Assembly: GCA_041659945.1 (NCBI GenBank)
Contig: JBAZXH010000001.1
Location: forward strand, 693,364 to 757,363
Direction of reading: 5' to 3'
Origin: Candidatus Pacearchaeota archaeon
Lineage (GTDB): Archaea; Nanobdellota; Nanobdellia; Pacearchaeales; GW2011-AR1
Length of the DNA: 64,000 bases
The number at the start of each line of letters is the position of its first letter. Position 1 is the first letter of the stretch. Below, one piece after another: positions 37,964-46,184 of the stretch. Below the pieces are notes generated by a model. It ran no database searches, had not been told where the DNA came from, and worked only from the letters and a program-made list of their open reading frames with translations. A program made the translations under genes and the position numbers.

Positions 37964-39208
37964 TTATTCATGAATCGGCGTGTAGGCATTAGCTGAAGAA
38001 CTTCTTGTTTGAGGTCTTGCAACGGGTTTTGTTTTTGGCAGAGATTTTAATCCTGCATCACCCAGTTCAAATTCTCCGATTTCATCTATTCTGTCGCTAT
38101 CAAATTCCATTTGATGAACATTACATCCTTTAAAAAAACCATCATCATCTATATCAACAATTGCAAAGCAACCTGATGGAGAAGTTTTTCTGCCTTTATA
38201 GTAAATTGGTAGACTTATAAAATGTTCACTGCCTTTTTCTGGTTGACCTCTTTTATCTATTTCTCTTGTTTGACCTAATTCTACAAATGATGTTGGATCT
38301 ATTTGTTCAAGTTTATTATCAAGAGTTCTTCTTGGTCTACCAAGAACTCCGGGATTTATTACAACCGTGCCGTTTGGCAATCTTTGAACGTTTGGTAAAT
38401 TTCCAACTCCACATAATAACAGTACCGGATTATTTTCTTGAACCCATGATGAAACTGCGTAACTTCCAATGGGCATTAGTGAATAATGGGGTATATTGAA
38501 ATGCATAATTCCCTTTGAGGGCATGTTTGTAATTACAATGTCAGCATTTCTTCCATCTGCTTCATTTAGCACCTGATGAAGTCGGTCATCATCAAATGCC
38601 TCTGGAATTAGATCTAGTGGAAGATTGCCAAAACCCGGATTTGTTGATCCTCCATAGCCAACACAATCTAATTTTCTATCTGTTCCTCTTTGAACTAGAG
38701 GGATTTGCCTTTTAGATAGAGTTGTTGCAAGAGCATTTTGATCTCTTAGATAAGCATCTAGAATTGTTGAGTCAATATCTCCAGGTAGAATTACTAGACT
38801 ATTTGGAAGAAAGTCAGTCCATAGGTCTCTAAATTGAGCGTATTGAGCTTCTAGTTCTGGAGCGGCTTTTTCTAATAGTTCTTGATAGACTTGAGCATTT
38901 GCTGTGATAATGCCGTGTGTTCCCGGAGCGTGTCTAAGAGATTCTCTTAAACTCCCTTCTAGGGCCATCTGAGCTATTGAACTGAGGCTAGATGATTGAT
39001 ATGAGGCCATTGCAGGATGACATCTTAGAGAATATAGGCTTTGATTAGCTCGGGCCATTTTTACTCTATCATCTTCTGTATAAACTGGTCCGGCAATACT
39101 ACCAATGGCTACGACCGAAGAAATATCTCCGTGACTATCTGCAAAATCTCTTAGTCTTTTTAGGGTTTCAAAGTCTCCCTTTGGGTCTGTAAAAACTAGG
39201 GTTTTCAT
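37964..39208 (-). CDS. calcineurin-like metallophosphoesterase-fold protein with substituted metal ligands (putative pseudoenzyme)
   Basis: Strand pattern mirrors MPE motifs with ligands replaced: LVFTDPKGD (DxH), VVAIGSIAG (GD), LVILPGDID (GNH), IVITNMP (H), LLLCGVGN (GHxH), VVINPGVLG. Confidence 0.4.
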   Translation of the reverse strand: MKTLVFTDPKGDFETLKRLRDFADSHGDISSVVAIGSIAGPVYTEDDRVKMARANQSLYSLRCHPAMASYQSSSLSSIAQMALEGSLRESLRHAPGTHGIITANAQVYQELLEKAAPELEAQYAQFRDLWTDFLPNSLVILPGDIDSTILDAYLRDQNALATTLSKRQIPLVQRGTDRKLDCVGYGGSTNPGFGNLPLDLIPEAFDDDRLHQVLNEADGRNADIVITNMPSKGIMHFNIPHYSLMPIGSYAVSSWVQENNPVLLLCGVGNLPNVQRLPNGTVVINPGVLGRPRRTLDNKLEQIDPTSFVELGQTREIDKRGQPEKGSEHFISLPIYYKGRKTSPSGCFAIVDIDDDGFFKGCNVHQMEFDSDRIDEIGEFELGDAGLKSLPKTKPVARPQTRSSSANAYTPIHE

Positions 39209-39312
39209 GTTTTTACAGTGTTATTTGAGTTTTTAAATCTTATTATTTTATAACTGCATAGTGATTACAAAGCTCTAGTTTATTTAATAAACTTTGAATT
39301 TGATATTATTTT

Positions 39313-39963
39313 ATGAAAAAAGTCACACTAGTAGGGATTATTGTAATCATACTTATGTTTGCCATTGGAATTTATTTTTATCAATTTTTACCTGATAAAT
39401 TAGCTTCTCATTGGAATGCCCAGGGACAGGTTAATGGATATTCTTCAAAGGCCTTTGCTTTATTTTTTATGCCGATTATCACACTAGCTCTTTTTTTACT
39501 TCTTGTTTTTATACCTAAAATAGACCCCCTGAAACAGAATATTAGAAAGTTTAGTAGTTATTATTATGGTTTTATTTTGCTCTTTGTTTTTTATATGTTT
39601 TACATATATATTCTGACATTAGTTTCAAATTTAGGTTTTGTAATTAACTTTACTCAATTTCTTAGTCCGGCAATGGGTGTTTTATTCTTTTGTGTTGGAA
39701 TTTTAATCGAAAAGTCAAAAAGAAACTGGACAATTGGAATAAGGACTCCCTGGACATTGAGCAGTGATTTTGTTTGGAAGAAAACTCATAATCTTGGAGG
39801 AAAATTATTTAAGATATCTGGAGTTATTTGTTTTGTAGGAATTGTTTTACCAAAGTATGCTTTCTTTTTAATTATTATACCTGTAATAATTTCAGCTATT
39901 GTGTCTTTTGTTTATTCTTATTTTGTTTATAGATCTGAGAATTTGCTAAAGAAGAAAAGATAA
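39313..39963 (+). CDS. DUF1648/SdpI-family integral membrane protein
   Basis: LPDKLASHWNAQGQVNGYSSK motif after the first TM, and multiple TM helices. Confidence 0.6.
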   Translation: MKKVTLVGIIVIILMFAIGIYFYQFLPDKLASHWNAQGQVNGYSSKAFALFFMPIITLALFLLLVFIPKIDPLKQNIRKFSSYYYGFILLFVFYMFYIYILTLVSNLGFVINFTQFLSPAMGVLFFCVGILIEKSKRNWTIGIRTPWTLSSDFVWKKTHNLGGKLFKISGVICFVGIVLPKYAFFLIIIPVIISAIVSFVYSYFVYRSENLLKKKR

Positions 39964-40000
39964 GAGTAAGGCTTTTAAATGAATTATATGTGAGATTTTT

Positions 40001-40297
40001 ATGACAAGTTTAGTTCAGGCTGTTTATTTGAATGCTGCTAGCCCGAGCTATGCAGCAATTGTAGCTTATCAAGCTCATGCAACTCTTTCTCTTAATAGAA
40101 GAGAAGAAGAACCTATCCCCTATCAAGAAGTTATTCCTGAAGTTGGATGTGCTTTAGATTCAAGTTTTGATGTTTTACTTGGAGTTAAAAGGAGATTTCC
40201 AATGGCTTACATAAGAAGACCTAAAAAAAAGAAAGAGGTTAAACGTAGGAGACCTCTTTCAGAAGGAAGTATTGGTTTATTGGATGTTCTTGTTTAG
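40001..40297 (+). CDS. hypothetical protein (98 aa) with a basic C-terminal patch
   Basis: ORF only, with the RRPKKKKEVKRRRP segment. Confidence 0.35.
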   Translation: MTSLVQAVYLNAASPSYAAIVAYQAHATLSLNRREEEPIPYQEVIPEVGCALDSSFDVLLGVKRRFPMAYIRRPKKKKEVKRRRPLSEGSIGLLDVLV

Positions 40298-40300
40298 AAT

Positions 40301-40969
40301 TTAGTCAAATAGCTTTTTTTGAGTTGCGTGGCTTTTATGCTTTTTTATTGTGTTCCAGGATTCTCTAAAGATGCCTTTATCTTTGTACTTATCGTATTGT
40401 TCGTAGATAAATTTCCGTGTGGTTGGATCGCTTGAATAACCTGAACCAAAATCAACATTTAACTCTTTTTTTATTTTTTCTATTTCCTTATCTCTTGTTG
40501 TTTTTGCAATTATGCTTGCTGCAGAAACAGATACGTGATGAACATCTGCTTTATGTTCACAGATAATTGTTAAATTTGCTTTTCCAATAACAAATTTTTC
40601 TACGTATTCTTTCCAGGCCTTTAGGTTTGTTGAGGGGCAGTCAATGATTACTTTTATTTTTTGATCTTTTTTGTTTAGCTTGTTTATTATTTGTGCAGCG
40701 GCTATGGCTTCTCGGTCATTTAGATTTAAATTATCATTATCTTTTCCGTCTATTTCATAGACTGGAATTATAACTGTGTGGATGGCGAGTGCTCTTAATT
40801 TTATTTCTTCGGCTAAACGGGTTCGTTTATTTGGAAGAATCATTTTTGAATCTTTGATATCAAGTTTTACAAATTCTTTTTCTATTTCTTCACTTGCAAG
40901 AACTCCGGCAAGAACCATTGGTCCGATAACTGGACCTCTGCCTGCATCATCAATTCCTATAACTAACAT
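40301..40969 (-). CDS. rnhB: ribonuclease HII
   Basis: N-terminal GIDDAGRGPVIGPMVLAGV and downstream D/H catalytic blocks. Confidence 0.9.
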   Translation of the reverse strand: MLVIGIDDAGRGPVIGPMVLAGVLASEEIEKEFVKLDIKDSKMILPNKRTRLAEEIKLRALAIHTVIIPVYEIDGKDNDNLNLNDREAIAAAQIINKLNKKDQKIKVIIDCPSTNLKAWKEYVEKFVIGKANLTIICEHKADVHHVSVSAASIIAKTTRDKEIEKIKKELNVDFGSGYSSDPTTRKFIYEQYDKYKDKGIFRESWNTIKKHKSHATQKKLFD

Positions 40970-41030
40970 AATTTATTTAGAAGAAGTGAGTATAAAAGTT
41001 TTATTGATGTTTAAGATTTGTAATATCAAA

Positions 41031-41152
41031 AGCACGATGTGCCACCACACATTAAATTATGTGGTTTGTTTGGCACTCGTGCTTTGGATGCTCAGGAACT
41101 AAACCTTCCAGATTATATTCACAGCATAAATGCTGTGGTTTAATTCCTGACA
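41031..41152. ncRNA. candidate structured ncRNA (two long hairpins), class unknown
   Basis: GC-enriched island in a 230-nt divergent intergenic region. Hairpin 1 has 7+5+6 bp (agcacga/tcgtgct, gtgcc/ggcac, accaca/tgtggt). Hairpin 2 has tcaggaa/ttcctga plus cacagca/tgctgtg, then ACA. Confidence 0.4.
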
Positions 41153-41199
41153 TAAACAAGTCCAATAATCTTTTTATAGGTTAAAGAAAGCTAATCTTT

Positions 41200-42171
41200 A
41201 TGGCTGAAGTAGAACCAGAACCAGAATTTGTTGTTGATGTTGATAGAATAGACTTGGTAAATACTACTTTGTGTGATGCCTTTAAGCAAGAGAGAGGTCT
41301 TTTTTCTGGAGGGTTTAAACAATTTTTACCTCAATGGAATTTGCCCTCTGAGGTGGAATTTGACCCTCCAGCAATAAAAGTACAAGATCCATTGAGAGCA
41401 TCATTGTACCTTTGGACATGTGCTTTTTTTGAAAGAATGAATCAATCAAGGTATATAATAACAAATGCAGCAAGAGTCTGGAATGATCCTAATAAACGAT
41501 GGTTTTTCCATCCAGTGCAGGTTGCTACGCATTCTTTAGAACAAATTTCAGATATAACTCTAGGAGAATTTCAATTTAATCTTACGGGTCTTAGAGAAGA
41601 ACCTCCTGAAAAAAGATATTTAGATAATGCTCTGCTTTTAGTTAATGAATATCATGGTGATCCACGTAAGCTAATAGAAGAAAGAACAGTTGAAGAGGCT
41701 AGAAAAAATATAATGCAATTTAAAGGAATCGGATCAGGAATAGCTAATTTGTACATATTATACCTTTTAGAAAGAGAAATTACAAGTCCAACTGATCCTG
41801 AGAATGTATTGTTAAAAGTAGATATTCATAAAGCAAGACTACTTTTAAATACTCAAGCAGTAAAAACAAAAAGTCAAAGAGTGAGAAGAGGCATGTTAAC
41901 TCCGGCGTTGGAAAAGGCATATTTAGAATCATCTAGGAGGCAGGGATTAGATCCACGTGATTTAGATGCTGCTTTGTGGATAACTGGTTCTGAAGGTTGT
42001 GCTAGGAGAGATTATAGCTTTTGTTTATATCATTGCGTTTTATGTGACAGTTTATGTACTTCTCTTATTGGCTATGATGAAAACACAAGTGATTTTCTTG
42101 TTTTTGATGATTCTCAAGGAACTAGAAGAGTTGATACAAGAAAAAATGTCGGACAATTAAGTTTATTTTAA
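41200..42171 (+). CDS. HhH-GPD superfamily (endonuclease III-like) DNA glycosylase-like protein with a Cys cluster
   Basis: HhH FKGIGSGIANLYILYL, VDIHKARLL (compare VDTHVxR), C-terminal C-x7-C-x3-C-x2-C-x3-C cluster. Confidence 0.55.
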   Translation: MAEVEPEPEFVVDVDRIDLVNTTLCDAFKQERGLFSGGFKQFLPQWNLPSEVEFDPPAIKVQDPLRASLYLWTCAFFERMNQSRYIITNAARVWNDPNKRWFFHPVQVATHSLEQISDITLGEFQFNLTGLREEPPEKRYLDNALLLVNEYHGDPRKLIEERTVEEARKNIMQFKGIGSGIANLYILYLLEREITSPTDPENVLLKVDIHKARLLLNTQAVKTKSQRVRRGMLTPALEKAYLESSRRQGLDPRDLDAALWITGSEGCARRDYSFCLYHCVLCDSLCTSLIGYDENTSDFLVFDDSQGTRRVDTRKNVGQLSLF

Positions 42172-42185
42172 TTAATTTATTGATG

Positions 42186-43241
42186 TTAAAACAAGGGCTC
42201 TTCTTCAGTTCCATCTTCTTCTGGTGGAGGAATATCAAATGGAACTTCTACTATACCTTTCATTTGTTCTTCTGTGGGTAAAAATAATTGTTTCTCACCA
42301 AAAACTGCATCTTCTGAATGAAATCTGGGAAGAGAATCTTCGTAAACTCGTTCTCTAGAGAATTCTCTTAATTGTTCTCTTGAAGTTTCGAGCCACTCTT
42401 TTCCTTCATCTTTGAAATCTATTGAAATAAACGGAAATTGGTGAACCTGTTTTCTATTTATTCTTAAACCTTTAACTTTTGATCTTGAAAAGGAAAATTT
42501 TCTAGATTTAAAACCAATTAATTCAAGAGTCTCTTCTGGATTAGATACTAGCATATTTAAAAATCTTGTTGAAACGCTCATAATGTGTTTTTCAGCATAA
42601 CCTCTGTATACTGGATCATATTGTCTACAGTAACAGTATATTCTTGTGGGAAAGCCATGGGGTTTTTCCATTGGTTGAGGTATGAAAAATGAAAGAGGTA
42701 TAGCTAGCGGAACTTTAATTCCATATAAAATTCCTCCTTTAACGAGTTCTTCAAGGTATGCGCTTCTTGTTAATCCTCTGTTTTCAGCGTGTTTTATATT
42801 ATGTCGAAAGAAAACATAGTGACATTTTGGAGGATTTTCTGGATTATCACTTTCAGGATCACTGTAAAGAACCCAATTGCAGTGTGTTTGAAGCTGTTCT
42901 TGAATAAGTTTTGTATCTGTTCCCCAAACACAAGCTTTTACTTCAGTGTAAATTCTATTTTTATGATCTGCAACATCTGGCTGATAACCTATTTCTTGTT
43001 TTCCATTGTGAAAGTGAGTGACACATCCGTGATGATGATATCCTCCTAGCATAGCTCCTGCAATTCTTTCAAAACAATATGCTCCAAATATTCCTAATTG
43101 TCTATATGGAACTTGTTCTCCCCATAGATCTGTTTGTTCATGATCTCCGGGCAAATAAATATTTCTTTGAGCTAGATCAAATGGTCTTTTGAAATCTTTT
43201 AGTTCACCTAGTAATCTCACCTGTTTTTTTGACCTCTCCAT
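42186..43241 (-). CDS. PD-(D/E)xK nuclease-fold protein
   Basis: Core motif QPDVADHKNRIYTEVKA (D ... E-x-K) in a 351-aa protein, convergent with the glycosylase-like gene (14-nt gap). Confidence 0.45.
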   Translation of the reverse strand: MERSKKQVRLLGELKDFKRPFDLAQRNIYLPGDHEQTDLWGEQVPYRQLGIFGAYCFERIAGAMLGGYHHHGCVTHFHNGKQEIGYQPDVADHKNRIYTEVKACVWGTDTKLIQEQLQTHCNWVLYSDPESDNPENPPKCHYVFFRHNIKHAENRGLTRSAYLEELVKGGILYGIKVPLAIPLSFFIPQPMEKPHGFPTRIYCYCRQYDPVYRGYAEKHIMSVSTRFLNMLVSNPEETLELIGFKSRKFSFSRSKVKGLRINRKQVHQFPFISIDFKDEGKEWLETSREQLREFSRERVYEDSLPRFHSEDAVFGEKQLFLPTEEQMKGIVEVPFDIPPPEEDGTEEEPLF

Positions 43242-43333
43242 TTGAGCTTAGAGTTTTTTTATTTTATAAAGATTAGACTATTATAACATATACTTTTAGA
43301 AGCATTTAAAAAAGAACGAAGATTCTAAGGTTT

Positions 43334-43409
43334 AGCGGAGTGGAGCAGCCTGGAGTGCTCGCGAGGCCCATAACCTCGAGGTCGCGTGGTTCAAATCCCG
43401 CCTCCGCTA
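43334..43409 (+). tRNA. tRNA-Met (anticodon CAU), initiator-like A1:U72
   Basis: Hand fold: acceptor AGCGGAG/CUCCGCU, D-arm GAGC/GCUC, anticodon stem CGAGG/CCUCG with loop CCCAUAA, T-loop UUCAAAU. The T-stem needs one bulged U. Confidence 0.75.
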
Positions 43410-43512
43410 TTCTGCGGGATTTGGTTCAAATACTTACATTTGTGAGAATGAAAGTTGCCAAAATTTAGAAGGAATTTTTAGCACCCACCTATGCTACTCT
43501 TGGGATTTGAAA

Positions 43513-44091
43513 TTAATTGGATAATCTTGCTTCTCCTCTCATTGATTTTAGTACTAATACTGCTAGATCATTTATTTGTCCCGGAGTAATTCTTTCCTTT
43601 TTTTCTCTTACATTTCTTCTTATCTCTTCTTCTATTATCCTTATTAAATACTCATTCATAAATCCCTGGCTTCTGGTGGAAAGCGCTATATTTCTAGGGT
43701 TTAACCATAAACCATCTCCAACTTTAAACCTTACGATAGTTAATCCACTTAGCTCCATAAGCCTTTGTGATTGAGATAATTCTATTTCTGGCCTTTCAAA
43801 TTCTACATAACCTAACTCTTGGCAGTCTACTTTTCTTCTTGAATAAAATGGACTCGAAGCAAGTTCAAATCCTTCTTCATCTGGGTAGTAAACTCTCCAA
43901 GCATCTTCTCTTGTATCATACCCAACCCTAAGAAGATCAAGATCTCTTGTTGCAACTCTTAATTTTGATCCTTTCTGATCTTCCCTTACTTCCCTTGGTG
44001 ATGCCTCAAAAAGATATCGTGGAAGATTTTGACCATTATGTTTAAATGGAATTTCTGCAGGTATGCATTTTAATCTATCTTTTTTACCCAT
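43513..44091 (-). CDS. hypothetical protein (192 aa) between two tRNA genes
   Basis: ORF only. Confidence 0.45.
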   Translation of the reverse strand: MGKKDRLKCIPAEIPFKHNGQNLPRYLFEASPREVREDQKGSKLRVATRDLDLLRVGYDTREDAWRVYYPDEEGFELASSPFYSRRKVDCQELGYVEFERPEIELSQSQRLMELSGLTIVRFKVGDGLWLNPRNIALSTRSQGFMNEYLIRIIEEEIRRNVREKKERITPGQINDLAVLVLKSMRGEARLSN

Positions 44092-44207
44092 AATTTTCTA
44101 GAGAATGTCTTATATAAAAAGAATTAGGTGATTTAGAATAACTCTTTATTTAGATTAAAAACTGGAAAACAATAACTTTAAATCCCTTAATTTTATTCTA
44201 TAACTGT

Positions 44208-44290
44208 GCCCAGTTCGCATAGCGGTATTGCACGGGGTTGCTAACCCCGACCGGGTAACCGGTGGGCAGGTTCGACTCCTGCACTGGGCG
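44208..44290 (+). tRNA. tRNA-Ser (anticodon GCU)
   Basis: Hand fold: acceptor GCCCAGU/ACUGGGC, anticodon stem CGGGG/CCCCG with loop UUGCUAA, long variable arm ACCGGGUAACCGGUGG, T-arm GCAGG-UUCGACU-CCUGC. Confidence 0.9.
44276..44290 (+). repeat. attL-like direct repeat (tRNA-Ser 3' end)
   Basis: ctcctgcactgggcg. Confidence 0.6.
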
Positions 44291-44349
44291 GATGGGAAAA
44301 GTCCGACACTCTTACTGTGGTTTAATAGCCACAACAAAAGTAAGAGAAT

Positions 44350-44706
44350 ATGGATATACATAATTACAAGAGAAGATTTGATAGAACAGTTGAAAGAATA
44401 AAAGAATCAATTGATATTTCTAAGGATAATAAGGAAATTGCCCTGAAATTTAAGGATTATTGCATTAGTGATGGTATTGGGGTGGCTAAAATTGAAAGAT
44501 ATTTAGGTGATATAATGAAATACTCTAAAATGCTTGGAAAGTCCTTTTCTAAAGCTTCTAAAGATGATCTTAGAAGGGTTGTAGCAGAACTTGAACAAAC
44601 TGAGCTTTCTCCTGAGACTAAGAAGTGTTTTAAGATTATGTTAAGAAAATTGTATAGATTTATTGAAGCTTTTTCAGATAATCGGATAATTCAAAAAAAT
44701 AGTTAG
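44350..44706 (+). pseudogene. tyrosine recombinase/integrase, N-terminal SAM-like core-binding domain only (truncated)
   Basis: 118 aa resembling archaeal integrase N-termini (KFKDYCISDGIGVAKIERYLGDIMKY...SKDDLRRVV...LSPETKKCFKIMLRKLYRFI). No catalytic R..HxxR..Y domain follows. Confidence 0.55.
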
Positions 44707-44809
44707 AACTGCTAACTTTAAACCTTCGCTACCTTCCACAAAGCCTCTAACTGCTGCGATTTTGACTACAATAATTCTTAAATATCAACAATTCACCTAA
44801 ATTACTAAT

Positions 44810-46045
44810 ATGCCAAAGTTAAAAAAAGTTGATTTTGATAAACAATTTAGATTCAGAGAAGCAAGAGAAAATGATTCTCGAAGAGGATTAGTTAATCGAG
44901 TTAATTGTACTAATTGTGTTCATACAGCTTGTGAACCAAGACCAGATAAAGGAAAAATCGGTGAACATAATGAAAAAGATAATTTTTGTGATCATCCTGA
45001 AAGATTAAGAAGAATAAAAATAGCAGAATATTGGGATAGTGGTGGCATGGGTAGAAGCTATAGCCATAGTCATAATCTTGCTGATGTTCGTGTTTGTGAT
45101 GCCTATAAATCCCAACCTTTACCAGCAGGAGTTACTGTACCAGAGATCCCTAAAGGCCAGGCAGTTCTATTAAGTTCTCAAAATGCGGATCCCTATCATG
45201 CTGACCCTAATTGCCCTTACGTCATAGAAGAGGCAAGAATGTTAGCAGACGGTACAAATCATAACGCTTTATTTAGGAGACCAGAAATTCGTGTTGTAGA
45301 CATCTCTGATATGGTTCCTGGAGAAACAATAAGAGATATTTGTGAAATGTCTTGTTGCGAATCTAAACTTCCCTTTCAACTCATAGGTAATCCAAATGGT
45401 TATAGGAGCAGAGCTGGAATAAAACCAGACGGATCTGAGCCAATAGTCTGGGTAAGAATAGTTAAAGATCATAAAAGAAAGATTTCAATGACTATTGAAG
45501 AAGCAGAGGCTGCTCTTGATCTAACAAGATTTACTGGTCCTGAATTTAAGACTATACATGATGAAATTATTGCAGCGAGTGATCATCTACATAATACTTG
45601 TAATTATCTTGGTTCAAAACCTTTGTCTGAAGCTGCTAATCCTGTTGTGGTTCATCCCCACGATTTTCACCTTTTAGAACCGCTCGCATCAGATCCATTT
45701 AAACCAGAATTTTGGTTATATGACAAACGATTGTTTGATCCTAAAAGAAAGGATGAATTTAAAGGTAAACCAATTAGAGAATTAGAAGAAATACCTGAAG
45801 GATTTATTTTATGTCTTGATAGGGAAAGAGTCCTTAGATTTGCAAGAACCGGAGAAAGAAGTGATGGCCCTCCATATGGACACTTAATGTATGGCATTGT
45901 AAACCCTTTAATCGATGAATCTTTAATTAATCGAGGAGTAACTCACTGCATTGATATTCGTGCTGTAAATTATAATGGTTTCAATCATTGGTGGGGAGTT
46001 TTTGGAAAAGGATTTTCTAAAATAGCAAGCTTTGACGAAGACTAA
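44810..46045 (+). CDS. hypothetical Cys/His-rich protein (411 aa), cargo of the tRNA-Ser element
   Basis: Long ORF with N-terminal CTNCVHTAC...FCDHPE Cys/His clusters. No family recognised. Confidence 0.5.
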   Translation: MPKLKKVDFDKQFRFREARENDSRRGLVNRVNCTNCVHTACEPRPDKGKIGEHNEKDNFCDHPERLRRIKIAEYWDSGGMGRSYSHSHNLADVRVCDAYKSQPLPAGVTVPEIPKGQAVLLSSQNADPYHADPNCPYVIEEARMLADGTNHNALFRRPEIRVVDISDMVPGETIRDICEMSCCESKLPFQLIGNPNGYRSRAGIKPDGSEPIVWVRIVKDHKRKISMTIEEAEAALDLTRFTGPEFKTIHDEIIAASDHLHNTCNYLGSKPLSEAANPVVVHPHDFHLLEPLASDPFKPEFWLYDKRLFDPKRKDEFKGKPIRELEEIPEGFILCLDRERVLRFARTGERSDGPPYGHLMYGIVNPLIDESLINRGVTHCIDIRAVNYNGFNHWWGVFGKGFSKIASFDED

Positions 46046-46127
46046 ATATAGAAAATTATAAATAGAAGCCATGACTTTGTTAGTTAGATACTAAATAGAT
46101 AAGTAAGGGTGTTTGATTAATTCTAAT

Positions 46128-46142
46128 CTTCTGCACTGGGCG
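46128..46142 (+). repeat. attR-like direct repeat
   Basis: cttctgcactgggcg. The 12 terminal nt are identical to the tRNA-Ser 3' end, a GC-rich string in AT-rich intergenic DNA. Confidence 0.6.
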
Positions 46143-46184
46143 TGTGAAAGACAGATTTATAAAGTTTTGATTTTTAGCTTATAT

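Larger units (their letters stand above)
44276..46142 (+). mobile_element. remnant integrated element at the tRNA-Ser 3' end
   Basis: Bounded by a 15-nt direct repeat (14/15 identical) whose left copy is the tRNA-Ser 3' end. Carries a truncated integrase N-terminal domain and one 411-aa ORFan. Confidence 0.6.

Noticed and set aside
37964-39208. Calling this gene mre11.
   Set aside because: The fold-like strand order is suggestive, but every canonical metal-ligand motif is substituted. Only a phosphoesterase-like pseudoenzyme hypothesis is justified without a profile or structure search.
40776-41102. 108-aa plus-strand ORF.
   Set aside because: It is mostly antisense to rnhB, and its 3' part runs into the structured intergenic element, which is more plausibly non-coding.
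44155-44361. 68-aa minus-strand ORF.
   Set aside because: It overlaps tRNA-Ser completely, so it is spurious.
44707-44809. Relatively GC-rich non-coding stretch after the truncated integrase as an independent ncRNA.
   Set aside because: No convincing helices could be drawn. It is more simply explained as decayed integrase coding sequence.
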